Shown: positions 51,313 through 62,397 of the stretch, piece by piece
How positions within the stretch are numbered: the stretch's first letter is position 1
Layout: each line of letters begins with the position of its first letter
NCBI GenBank assembly: GCA_016618385.1
Contig: JABFOP010000225.1
Location: forward strand, 15,735 to 79,734
DNA from: Nymphon striatum
Taxonomy: Eukaryota
DNA: 64,000 nucleotides
Direction of reading: 5' to 3'
Program-made: the position numbers and the translations under genes
The notes under the pieces: generated by a model
Seen by the model: only the letters and a program-made list of their open reading frames with translations
Database searches by the model: none
What the model was told of the DNA's origin: nothing

Positions 51313-52012
51313 ATACAGTCATTTGCAAAAGTATCAGACCACCACTGCAAAATCGCCAATTTGGCAACCCTGCTAGTTATTGCATCATGCTTAATTTGCA
51401 TTGCATCATCTTTTTTGTATTACAAGGTTCATTGTCTTAGTAGAGTTCCAGCCTAGTTTCAGACTGGAGTTACAAGTGCTTTGTTTCATTTTGAGTTATT
51501 TTTTCGATTTTCAACTGCCCAAAAAAGGGGGAAAATCGGCACCATACGGATGTAGAACATGCTCAGATTGTTGTACTCCACAAAAATGGATTGTCTCAGC
51601 ACCAAATATTGGAACAACTTGGTGTCAGTAAGTCATCCATTCAAAGAGCGATCGAAAAATTCAACAGGGAAAGAATTTATGGCAATCGGAAGAAAAGTGG
51701 GAGGCCTCGCAAATCATCTCCACGAGATGACAATACTATGAAGAGGATCGTAGTGCGGTCTCCCACGAGTTCCTGCAAAAAAGTTTGCACGAACTTTGAG
51801 TAATAGAAAATCGAAAAAATAACTAAATATGAAACAAAGCACTTGCAACTCTGGTCTGAAACTAGGCTAGAACTCAACTAAGACAATGAACCTGTAATAC
51901 AAAAAAGATGATGCAATACAAATCAAAGCATGATGCAATAACTAGCAGAGTTGCCAGATTGGCGATTTTGCAGTAGTGGTCTGATACTTTTGCAAATGAC
52001 TGTAAGTAAAAT
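51313..52012 (+). mobile_element. Internally deleted Tc1-like DNA transposon (about 700 bp). Its ~200-bp TIRs are flanked by TA and it retains only the N-terminal HTH part of the transposase.
   Basis: TIR cagtcatttgcaaaagtatcagacc... at both ends in inverted orientation. ORF 51591..51803 (…QILEQLGVSKSSIQRAIEKFNRERIYGNRKKSGRPRKSSPRDDNTMKRIVVRSPTSS) matches the Tc1 paired-like HTH. Confidence 0.8.
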
Positions 52013-52137
52013 CAGCGATTTAATATCAGAAAAAGAGAAATAATAGTAAAAAAAAAGTTGGCTCCTTAAGAATGTTTGCAATAAAACTGGACCTTAAGAG
52101 GACCTAAAAGGACATAAATATTAAAATCAAATCTTAC

Positions 52138-52316
52138 TTCGGAATTTTTATAGGAGACAAAACATTATCAAGAGAAATTGGTTGCCTCTCTTTCACTGCA
52201 TCTGATTTAGGGTCGTGGAATGACTGTGGCTTTGACTTCAATTCATAACGAGAATCTATCTTTTCAATCATCATCAGTTGTCCATTACCGCCTCTCTCAG
52301 CGATCAACCTTAATGA
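52138..52316 (-). CDS. Exon (LIAERGGNGQLMMIEKIDSRYELKSKPQSFHDPKSDAVKERQPISLDNVLSPIKIP); ends in phase 2 with donor gtaaga
   Basis: ORF 52134..52352. The phase-2 exit matches the phase-2 entry of the next exon, giving ...IPK-WRTTQVFISSTF. Confidence 0.5.
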
Positions 52317-52894
52317 ATAACACAATGATTTTTTATTTGTATTTAATAACAATATATTTTTTCACAATTTAAATTAAATATTTTATGCAATGTAAAAAAA
52401 TAAATAAAAACATAAATAAATAAAATATTTAATAACAAGAACAGTAAGTAAGATAAAAATAACATGTTTCAACGTACTATATCGTCATTTTCAGGTAAAG
52501 TAATAAAAAAAAATCTGTGAAACTCACTATTATCCACTACAAAAAATGATAAAAGAGAAAATACCAAATGGACTGATGAAAAGGAAAAAAGTCATGTATA
52601 ATTACTTGAAAAAAGGGGGATAGGGGTGGGAAGGGAAAAGAAAAACTATTCAAATGAGGGTTGCTTCAGGTAAAAAATTTGGCTTCGAATAGAGTCAGAT
52701 TGAACATTTAGAGATGGATTTTTCTTTTTTTTCCAAAGCAACTCATTCGAATTTATTTTTGCATTTTTTCAGGACTTTTAAGAATTTGTTCAGGTCATGG
52801 GTTCGACCCCGTGATCGTTTCTCATGTGTTTGCCTACAGAAGAGAACCTGTGTTCATCAATGCGCTAGTGGAGATGCCAGGTAGTGAAACTAAC

Positions 52895-53075
52895 ATACTC
52901 TGCGTCACACCCCTGCAAAATATGTTCTTTAGGATTTCTATAGAAATTCTATAGAGTTTTAGGATCCGAGAATCTTATAGAAATCCTATAGGACAGTCCT
53001 AGGAATTTCTATTGAATTTCTATAGAACTCTGGTCCTAAAACTATAGAAATCCTATAGAATATTTTTGCAGGGAC
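52895..53075. mobile_element. Small palindromic MITE (ccctgcaaaatatgttctttaggatttctatag … ctatagaatatttttgcaggg)
   Basis: Terminal inverted repeat of about 35 bp with internal ctatagaaat repeats. Confidence 0.55.
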
Positions 53076-53389
53076 AAATCACACATAAAATTGTACACCA
53101 TGCATTGATACTGATCAAAGGGGACATTATCCACCCACCCTCAGCTGGTTGGTTTTGTCGCAAGACAAACACAGGTTGAAAGACACATGAATGTTTCATT
53201 CCCAAATTCAGCCATGTCCCTTTTGACCCAATTTTCAGACTTTTGGTCTTTGAAAGGCATTGTGAACTTATAATTTAGGAGGTGGGTCTTCAGTAGAAGA
53301 TGGTTTTTCTTGATTTTTGCAAAATTCAAATATTATTGAGTATATGAGATGCTGTATCAGCCTTATGTGCCACTAGGCACGAAAAGGAT

Positions 53390-53442
53390 TGATATATATA
53401 TATATATGTATATATGTATATGTATGTATGTATGAGATGCTG
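53390..53442. repeat. (TA)n/(TATG)n microsatellite
   Basis: atatatatatatatgtatatatgtatatgtatgtatgtatg. Confidence 0.9.
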
Positions 53443-53479
53443 TGGATATTTCAGTGCTGTAAATATTGATCTGATATCG

Positions 53480-54350
53480 TCACATTATTTTTAGGAAATA
53501 TTCTTTGTCGGACGATAGAGAAGACGGAGAAGCATGATTTTACATGGTTTTCAGTAAACCCTATTTATAATGGTTGACTACGTTGCTGTCGTAATGTAGA
53601 AGTAGAAGGAGACCAGTGTTAGTTTTCTTATGGTGGACACAAGTTTTGAGTTTGTTGTTAGTGTCCATGATTTCAATGCAATGAATGGTAATCGGTCCTT
53701 GTACTCTGTCTCCATGGTAAATTATATTGACTGATGGTACATATTCAAGGTGTCCAGGAAAGATTCAGCAGTTTTGATTTCGGGCATTATGGTGAAGGTG
53801 TCATCAACATATCTCCTATAGAAGGACGGAAGCTTTCCGGAATTATTGAACGTTTCTTCCATTAAGTACAGAAAAGGATCGGCTAATAATGGGCCCAATG
53901 GGCAAGCCATGGCTATACCTTCTGTTTGTTTATAAAGAAGGTTATCAAACTGGAAAAGTTGATATTTGGTAGCAGTCTTGAGGAGTCGGATCATATCCAA
54001 ACTTTTTATGTTGACGTTGCTGAAGTGCTGTTAAATCAATTGTTTTTAAAGGCTTTTTCTGCAATAAGTTCAATAGTCTCATCCAGTAGAACATTGGTGA
54101 ACAATGCTGTGACATCCATAAGAGGTGAAGATGGAACCTTTTTGAACTTCTGTTTCTTTGATTTCATCAGCAAACAAGAATGGATCTGAGACTGTGAAAG
54201 TGTTGTTCGATAGTGGTTTCAATTTGTCATCTAACCATTTGGGTAGAGCATAATTGTAGGTTCTCGTGGCTGACAGTATAGGTCTGAAAGATAGTTGATT
54301 TTGTGAGTCTTTGGAAGCCCATATAGATGAGCTAGACTCGAACATGATTT
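53480..54350 (-). mobile_element. Retroelement RT fragment, probably Penelope-like (FRPILS, DVTSLFTNV, ACPLGPLLADPF, FYRRYVDDTF, CVHHKKTNTGLLLLLHY)
   Basis: ORFs 54079..54345 and 53722..54000 on the minus strand with RT motifs including YVDD. Confidence 0.6.
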
Positions 54351-54394
54351 ACAGAGACATTTTGCTATCTCCTTTGGCAAGATTTTGTGAACTA

Positions 54395-54955
54395 CTCAGG
54401 GACCGATTTTAACGGTTTTGGGAACAAGCAAATTGAAAAAACTACAAGCAAGCAACTTTTTTTTTAATTTTTTATTATTAAATATACATCTGGTTATCAA
54501 TGAACTGCCAATAATGAATGTTTTCGTTTATTAAGTATTGTAATGTTGCAGGTTTAGGACCCGAACTGCCAGCGGTTGGGCGTTTTGATCTTAACCCACT
54601 TATCCACCACCGATTTACGATCGGTCTGGGTCTAAAATCGCGATCGCTGATTGGACGGTTTCACCCAATAACATTACGCATTACATCCGGCATTATACAA
54701 AAAAGGGTTTCCCCAATTATAATGGTAACTTTTATTTCTTTTCATAAAAAGATAAATATATCCTAATTTAGTTGTAAAATATCAGATATTTATGACTTAA
54801 TAACCTAAATACGTCATTTTCAATATAATATACATAAAAAATCAACACGACTTTTATTGCTTGTGGTTTTTTCCTACGGACGACATATTGGCCAGTACAC
54901 ACGCAATTTGCTTGTAGTCGTCCATTAAAATCGGTCCCTGCCACTATTACAGTAT
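54395..54955. mobile_element. TIR element (about 560 bp; TIR cagggaccgattttaacgg…acaagcaaattg) adjacent to the PLE RT fragment
   Basis: 54395-54440 is the reverse complement of 54905-54955. Confidence 0.5.
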
Positions 54956-55444
54956 CTTTCTCCTTTTGTAAAAGAGAATGAAAATGTTTTGGTGGCCAAC
55001 CTCTTTTCTTCGGTCTTTATTTATTAGTCTAAATTTATTAGTATTGTTCACATAAAAGATCATCATAATTATCTTTGTCCATTATTACGACTTCGTTTCC
55101 TTTGGATTTAAAAAGAAAAATTCATCTCCAAATGCTCAATCTAAAGTTTGTACCTGAAGCAACCCTCATTTAAATAATTTTTCTTTTCCCTTCACCATTT
55201 ATTCCAGTATTTATACATGACTGTTTTTCTTTTCAGCAGTTAATTTTGTATTTTATTTTGTATCATGTTTTTTGATTAATAGAGAGTTTACAGTTATTTT
55301 TTTTTTTTACTTTACTTAAAAAATTACAATATGGAGTCGTCGAAACATTGTGTTATTTTAGCTTACTTATTTTTAATAAAATGTTTGAAGACAAGTACTT
55401 TGATCTAAAGAACAGTAAAAACATCAATAACAAATAAAATTACC

Positions 55445-55523
55445 TTAAAACTTGATCACTGAACCCGGATATATAAACATCATTAATATGGTTACTCTTA
55501 ACAGAATCATCTGGCCTAAAATT
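55445..55523 (-). CDS. Upstream exon (PDDSVKSNHINDVYISGFSDQVL)
   Basis: Acceptor ttttag, donor gtaatt. Confidence 0.25.
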
Positions 55524-55611
55524 CAAAAGAAAGATACTTAATCATAAAAGAACATACAATTCTTTACAAATATTAAAAAGAGTTCATCATTTAAAATTTA
55601 CCCAACACAAT

Positions 55612-55760
55612 TTGCCGACACATTAATTCTGACAAATAATAGGTCTGGATTGATTCTTTTTCGATACATGTGAAGGAAATCATTTAGTACATCCATTTCT
55701 GCTTTGCAAGATTCATCAGGTCCTCCAGGACAAGGATTATGAGATTATCAATCTGAATTT
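55612..55760 (-). CDS. Upstream exon (NPCPGGPDESCKAEMDVLNDFLHMYRKRINPDLLFVRINVSANCV)
   Basis: Open frame ending in donor gtaaat. Confidence 0.3.
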
Positions 55761-56219
55761 TAGAAAAAAATCAGAAGATATAAAAATGCCACAAAATGAA
55801 TATTAATGAAGCAATCAATTGTGAAAAAGTTAAATAAATGTTTCAAGCAATTACAAGTTAAGATTTTAAATATTTAAGATAAATTTATCAAAATGATAAA
55901 GATTAATGGATCATTATATATTTTTTTTCTGCTTTTATCTGAGCTTTTTCTTGGGCTTTCAGACTAGAGGCTGTATCAATCTGACTGAATGCAGTGTTTC
56001 TATGTCACGACTTCTCACATTCCAGCCATTATTTAGTATGCCTCGCAGGTACTTCACTTCAGGAGACAAAACACATTTTGAAAACACAACCTGATTTCTC
56101 AAACCAAATAATTCAATTTTTTTAAATCAAAATAATCCAGCTTTTCAAACTAATCTTATTTACCAAGATGCACAATTACTCTTCCAAACACTACTGTATC
56201 TAATTAAAGTTGGGAGATT

Positions 56220-56933
56220 GTCTCTTATAGAGTACCAAAGTGCTGACGTCACGTTTTAAGCCTGGACCGCAAAAAATTTTCAGCCCAGCTATTTTCCCAT
56301 AGGAGATTTCTACTTGAGCTTTCTTTCGTTATTTTCACCGAAATTTCGCACAGTTTTGTTGGTAAAAGTTTATTTTGGTCATTTGTGATACGAAAATGTG
56401 ACATTATATTGCTTTTTTCATTCGTTGTTTGCCTCGCAGCTTCAAATAAGTAGTTGAGTAGGCCTGAGTAGGTCGAGAGACCGTTTAATATGGCTCAGTG
56501 TTTCGCTCCTGACTGATCAATCAGAAATTCAGAATTATTTTTATATATTTTTGTTCTCATTTATGATTAATTACAAGTTTTTTCATTGTGGTTAATTAGT
56601 ATTCTATAGAAAAATGTTATGTTCTTATTTCTGTAAAATTTCTTATGAAACACTGACCCATGCTTGTATATATAGCCGGTCTCTCGGACTACTCAATTAT
56701 CTATAATTTGAAGCTGCGAGGCAAACATCAAATGAAAAAGCAATAAAATGACACATTTTCGTATCACAAATGACCAAAATAAACTTTTACCAACAAAACA
56801 GTGCGAAATTTCAGTGAAAATAACGAAAGAAAGATCAAGTAAAAATCTCCTATGGGAAAATAGCTGGGCTGAAAATTTTTTGCGGTCCAGGCCTGAAAAG
56901 TGACGTCACACTTTGGTACTCTATCAACTTCAA
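56220..56933. mobile_element. Foldback-type element: about 300-bp arms in inverted orientation around a ~110-bp loop
   Basis: 56220-56530 is the reverse complement of 56660-56933 at near identity (atagagtaccaaagtgctgacgtcacgttttaagcctggaccgc… / …gcggtccaggcctgaaaagtgacgtcacactttggtactctat). Confidence 0.75.
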
Positions 56934-58194
56934 GAAATAAATCGACGGAAGAACTTATTCTTTGATGAAAATCAATAAAAATCTGGAGGAAATTTGGGAC
57001 TTGTGCACAATTACCAAATCTTAAGATTACAACAAAGCAATTACGTATATAGGGATGAAGTCGGGAACAAACTAATCACCTAATACATAAATAGATGTTT
57101 TTAAACAAACTGACAGAGAAAAGTACTGTTAAAATAATTATTGACGATACATTTCAGTACTCATAGTGTTTTCCCAGTCTAATTCTTCAAACATTTAAAA
57201 TAAAAATGATGAACTGAACCTTATCTGTTATTATACTTTCTCGTAGTATTAATGACTTTGTAATACATTCCAATGATTTTACTCCATTGGAAGATGATTT
57301 ACTATAATTACTATCTTCATTCTGGAAATAAAGAAACAACTCAGAAAAAAAAAAAAAATATGGATCATAAACTGATCATTTCTTTAATCCACTATAATAT
57401 ATTTTAAACACACTAATTTGCATATCTCTCATGAATAAAAATAATTTGACACAGATATCATAAAAAATGAGTTATTTTAAAGTTATTTTATTGTCATAAA
57501 TGGAGCTTATAAAACTAATATTTTTGAGTCTTTCAAATGAATGAATTACCAGTAAGTAACAAAAGGAGTGCATATTAAATTATTAATTATGATATTATTA
57601 GTGCTTAGAAGACATCAAGCCAATAGAAAAACTAACTTGTTTCACCTCTTTAAATGCAAGGTTTTAAAAGAAAATGTTCTTTTCGGTGTATTTCTATCTG
57701 ACAAATCTTTTTAACTTTCATCTTATCCCAAACATCAGGGGTCAGCAGACCGGATTTTGCAGAATTTAATGTTTGATGCATCCTTTAATTGGTGCAACAT
57801 TTTGAAGGCCAGGATGCTCTTCTGGATACCATCCTAAATTAAAGATACTAGTGCTATAAGGAGGTTAAGTCACATTTTGACAAAAATTGAGTTAGATACT
57901 TTTTCTAACATTAGATGGCTCTCCGCACAATTTCTAATATTTTCAGAAGATAGTGTTATGTATAAAGAAAGAATATTTGCATTTGAATATACTATATACA
58001 TATATAGTACATATATATATATACAGCCCCCCTACGCCGAAAGGCAGAAGGGGAAAAGATAGAAGAAGAAGAAGATATATATACAGAGTGGTTTAATTTT
58101 TAAAGTTTTTGCCATTTTTCTCGAAATAGATAAAATGTGACTTATATCATTGGGCTCTTCAATTTGGTAAAATGTTTACTATAAAGTTTTCATA

Positions 58195-58440
58195 TAGTGC
58201 AGGTGTACCACTTCACTGGAACTTACAACCTACTCTGCCTTGAATAGTGAAGTGGGTTTTTTAACATGCAGAAGGTACAGCTCTCCTCTAAACCGGACCT
58301 TGATTAACATCATATCCAAGGAACAGAATATTTTTTCATCTGAACCTGTCTGCATCTGATTTGGAGACATAGACACAATAATGCACAATGTAAAAAATAA
58401 ATAGTAAATAGGAGGTTCAAATGAGATTCAAAATTTGGTC
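58195..58440 (-). mobile_element. SINE copy (minus orientation, diverged)
   Basis: Core cttcactggaac…gaatagtgaagtgggtttttaacatgcagaagg. Confidence 0.5.
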
Positions 58441-58875
58441 AATAAATCCCCTGACATAAGTAGAAATGTTATATCTACTAATCTACTTTGCTTTCTAGAC
58501 ACACAGACCAAGTTCAGTCAAAATCTGCAGCTAAACAGGTACTCAAACGTCAAACCTAAGGTAGTTCATTATTCATGACTAAGGTACATAGCATTAATCT
58601 TGACTGGATGCATACAACAAACAAAATCATACAGCTTTCTGAATACTTATCACTTTTTTCATTAAATTAAGGTGATATCAATTTAAGTGTTATCAGACCA
58701 ATTATGGTCAGGCTTGCAACAAACATACAAAGTCTGTCATCTTTATTTGTATAGAATATTAATTTAATGATGTTTAGTACTTTGAGATTTATTCATGAGG
58801 AACAAAAATAAAAAATATATAAATTCAAGTGTTAAATAAAACAGCAGATATTAGTCAAATTTTGTAATAATTTAC

Positions 58876-59027
58876 CAGTTTGCAAATTTCATTGAGGTTT
58901 TGCAATATGTCATTGTTTATCAAGTTATATTCTTCATAAGCTTCATCTTCTGAATACAAAACAATTAATCCCCTTTCACATTTTGTTAAACACATTGCTG
59001 CAAGCATTGCGCTGGCTTTGAAGCACT
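58876..59027 (-). CDS. Upstream exon (CFKASAMLAAMCLTKCERGLIVLYSEDEAYEEYNLINNDILQNLNEICKL)
   Basis: Acceptor cattatag, donor gtaaat; only one frame open. Confidence 0.35.
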
Positions 59028-59639
59028 ATAATGGAAAATAAATTGTGTACAATATAACATATTATTGTTTTAAACTTTTAATGATGTGAAGTTAATGATG
59101 TTAAGATGTGGCAATCTACAAAATTTATTTTGAAAATGTCAGGAATTATTTCAACTTTATCAAAGTTTCAGAAAATACATTTAAAAAAAAAGAAAAGAAA
59201 TAACATGTGTTCAGTAGGAAAAAATGAAAAGGGTGGATAAAATAGTTCATTTACAATATTTAACGCAGTTAAAGAAATCCAATTTATCTTATAAAATTTT
59301 ATATTTACTCTCTCAAATTTTTATAAATTTAACGTAATATTTAGGATCACAACAGAAAATGTTATGATTTAAAATTAATAAATCCTTATTTTTCTTAAAA
59401 GTTTACATGATTTACAATTTATATGGTACTCTTCATTCAATAATGACTATGGGTTTGCAAATGTTACAAATGGATTTAGATTTATATGGTCAATAAAATA
59501 ATATACTAATTTTATTAGGATAAATTAGTTATCAAGGTAATGCAGCATATACTAGCGTCATCTATTATCTAATTCTGTAGAAGAATGTGTGGCAGCCTAA
59601 TCAAAGGCGCTTACGCAGATCCTTTTTCTTAGGATCCAT

Positions 59640-59880
59640 TTATATCCATTAGTTTTAGCATTCTTCTTCGAGTAGTTAAGTTGGTTCTTTAACGTGCATA
59701 GATTTGGCTCTCCTTTACTCAAGATCTCTATTAACGTCTTTTCTTAGGGATGGAGTATTTTCTCATTCAAACCAGCCCACATCTGATTCAATGAGAACGA
59801 TTATACACAACGTAAAGAAAGAATGGGAGTTTCAAGCGAGATTTGAACCCAAGTCAATTTGACTCTACACACAAGTGGGA
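59640..59880 (-). mobile_element. SINE copy (minus orientation, diverged)
   Basis: Core …gttaagttggttctttaacgtgcatag… and head remnant …gatttgaacccaagtc…. Confidence 0.5.
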
Positions 59881-60215
59881 CCACTTATAAATAGATATAG
59901 ATTCACTCGACTACCCTGCTTTATTACTAATTTTATCATATTTCTTTTATTGCTATAATGAATGATGAGTAATACAGTAAAATAATTAAAGAAAATCGGT
60001 AATATTTGACCTTGATAAACAGCAGAAAACTGCAAAATATGCCAAAAGTATTTAGAAACAACAGGCAAATTACGTTACTCATTAATAAGTTATGAATTAT
60101 TTAGCATAAAAGCAGGGCTGCTAAATTAACTTTGATTTTATAAACGAATGAAAATTACATGTATACAAATAACTGATATCATTACAAATAGAAATATAAC
60201 AAATTAGCTTACTTT

Positions 60216-60404
60216 CTGCATATCAGAGGGAAACACATTTAGCAGTTTATTTGGTTGGTCGAGCTCAGCACAGCCATTCAATAAAATGAGAGAAACACCC
60301 TTGATTGGTTGAATGTTATTTGCAGCAGATATATTCACAGCTTTTTTCAGTGCTTTCAGATATCTATGAACTATCTTCACACTATAGTTAGTATCCTCTC
60401 TTGA
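60216..60404 (-). CDS. Upstream exon (EDTNYSVKIVHRYLKALKKAVNISAANNIQPIKGVSLILLNGCAELDQPNKLLNVFPSDMQK)
   Basis: Single open frame, splice-like boundaries. Confidence 0.35.
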
Positions 60405-60480
60405 ATAAATGACACAAATAATTAATATCGCAGAAGGTATCTACTGAAATAATTTTTAAAGAAAAATTAAAAAAGATTAC

Positions 60481-60674
60481 ATCTTGGCTTGAAGTTTTTT
60501 AGCTTTTTTTGCCTGCCACCATTGATCAGCATCAGCTGTCTTTCCACCTGATGAAAGCTTTTTTGATATATCACTTAGAAGCTTTTCTTTGTAGTTTTCA
60601 TTTGCCAGCTGTTCAATTGCTTGATATGCAGACAAAAACCGAAAAGGAAACTGTTTACTCTTTATAACAGCATT
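60481..60674 (-). CDS. Upstream exon (NAVIKSKQFPFRFLSAYQAIEQLANENYKEKLLSDISKKLSSGGKTADADQWWQAKKAKKLQAK); possible TROVE/vWA-region exon of the same gene
   Basis: Open frame between acceptor cttccag and donor gtaatc; same strand and orientation as downstream DUF4062/NACHT exons. Confidence 0.35.
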
Positions 60675-61549
60675 CTGGAAGCATAGGAATTAATAAATGA
60701 TGAAAATCTATAAAATTTGAGAATCTGTATTTCATCTGGTGTATAATATTGTGCATCAGTTGCAAAAGGTAAAAGACATTGAATTTAGAAAATATAGCCA
60801 ATACCCAGGGGGCAGGCTAGTGCAACCTGACACGCAAAGGAATAAAAGCTTGATGGGTATCAAACAGTTCAGTGGGGTGTAATTAACACCCCCAGGGTGG
60901 ACACGAAAATTAATCTGCTGCACGGGGCCCGCAGGAGGGGGGTAACTTGCGTGGGGGGCCTTTTTTGGTAAATTGTACTCAAATTATATCGTGTTGGGTA
61001 TCAAATGAAAGGTAATTCAATTTTAAACACTTAGTAGGGGACCCAGACTGCCATATCGTGCAAAATAAGGGTTGGAGGTCACACTTCTTACTATACTTTG
61101 TTTCTATGTGTTTTTAGGTAGGTATATCCATTCCTCATAAGGTTTCAGAGGTCTGCTCATCAAACGCTCTTGCGAACAATTTCTGTGGGTGGAAGTTTGA
61201 AGATACGACGTCACCTAAATGAGCCAAATAATTAGGGGTAGGGGAAACTGAAATGAGATTTTCATGCATTTATTATGGGGTGAGTGCAACAAATGCAGGG
61301 TTCCCATTCAGATTTCTAAATGAGGGTTTTTGTACCCTTTCATCACCCAAAATGAGGGTACAAAAATAAATCTCAGGGTGCAATTTATTAATATGTAGTA
61401 TTAAAGTCACTGCTGAGTCACCATCTGGAAGGGAACCATATTTGCTAGTAATTTCGAGTACGTGACAGTACCCTTCAGTACTAAATATCGTACGTGACCA
61501 ACTGAAAATGAGCGTGAAATATGTACATATGTACGTTAATGGGAACCCT

Positions 61550-62070
61550 GAAATGACCACTCATTCTTTTTGTTATAAGATTGGCTTTTATATGAAACAA
61601 GATTCAATTTGATTGGACCATCCATGAGGTCACCAGAGGTCAAAAGGTTACGGAAAGTGGGTCAAGCTGAAAATTTAACGCCTTTATCAAACATTTCACA
61701 TTTTCCCTACTTTAATCTTAATATATCCAGATTTTCACACACAAAATATGTTCTTTGCATCTCTCTAATGTTTTTGGGAAAGTAATGCTCTGATTGAACT
61801 TAAATTACTGGCATGAATGTCAATTTAAATTTGCATAAATTAGAAAAAAAATCACCAAAATCCGGCATTTGACTATATATCCCATAATAAAGAGTTGAAT
61901 GCAACAAATTACCACTCATTCTATTTGTTATAAGCTTGGCTTTATATGAAACAAGATTCAATGTGATTGGACCATCCATGAGATCACCAGAGGTCAAAAG
62001 GTCACGGAAAGTGGGTTAAGCTGAAAATGTAACGGCTTTATCAAATAATTCACATTTTCCCTACTTTGTA
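61550..62070. repeat. Two ~165-bp direct repeat units (accactcattct…ttgttataag…ggaccatccatgag…ccctactttaatct) about 350 bp apart
   Basis: 61555-61720 approximately equals 61905-62065. Confidence 0.6.
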
Positions 62071-62081
62071 GACTTTGGAGT

Positions 62082-62340
62082 CGCGGTGGCTGAGTGGTTA
62101 AGATCGTTAGATTTGAACCCCGGCACTTTTCACCGTTTTACGTTGTGTATTCTCGTACTCTCCTCTCTGATATTAGATGTAAGCTGATTTTAGAGAAAAA
62201 ATACTCCATCCCTCGGATAGGAAGTTAAATGGAGGTCCCGTGTAAAGGAGAGCCATACCCTCTACACGTTAAAGAACCCACTTCACTATTCGAAGAAGAG
62301 TAGGGTGACAATTCCCGATGAAGTGGTACACTTGCATTAC
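62082..62340 (+). mobile_element. SINE copy (plus orientation) immediately upstream of the PIN-like ORF
   Basis: ggagtcgcggtggctgagtggttaagatcgttagatttgaaccccggc… plus conserved core. Confidence 0.7.
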
Positions 62341-62397
62341 ATCAATTAGGACTGCAATAGAAATAAGTGTTTGGACTTTCTTGCGTCATGATCCTAG

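Larger units (their letters stand above)
2579..60690 (-). other. Gene span of a giant multi-exon STAND ATPase gene (DUF4062 + NACHT + WD40; TEP1-like, alternatively NWD1-like). 5' end probably lies beyond 60.7 kb; stop TAA at about 2581-2579.
   Basis: Minus-strand exons with canonical AG/GT boundaries and consistent phase. They encode the DUF4062 motifs, NACHT Walker A and B, and at least 15 WD40 repeats. The last exon ends ...KWHPNSKI then TAA. Confidence 0.6.
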
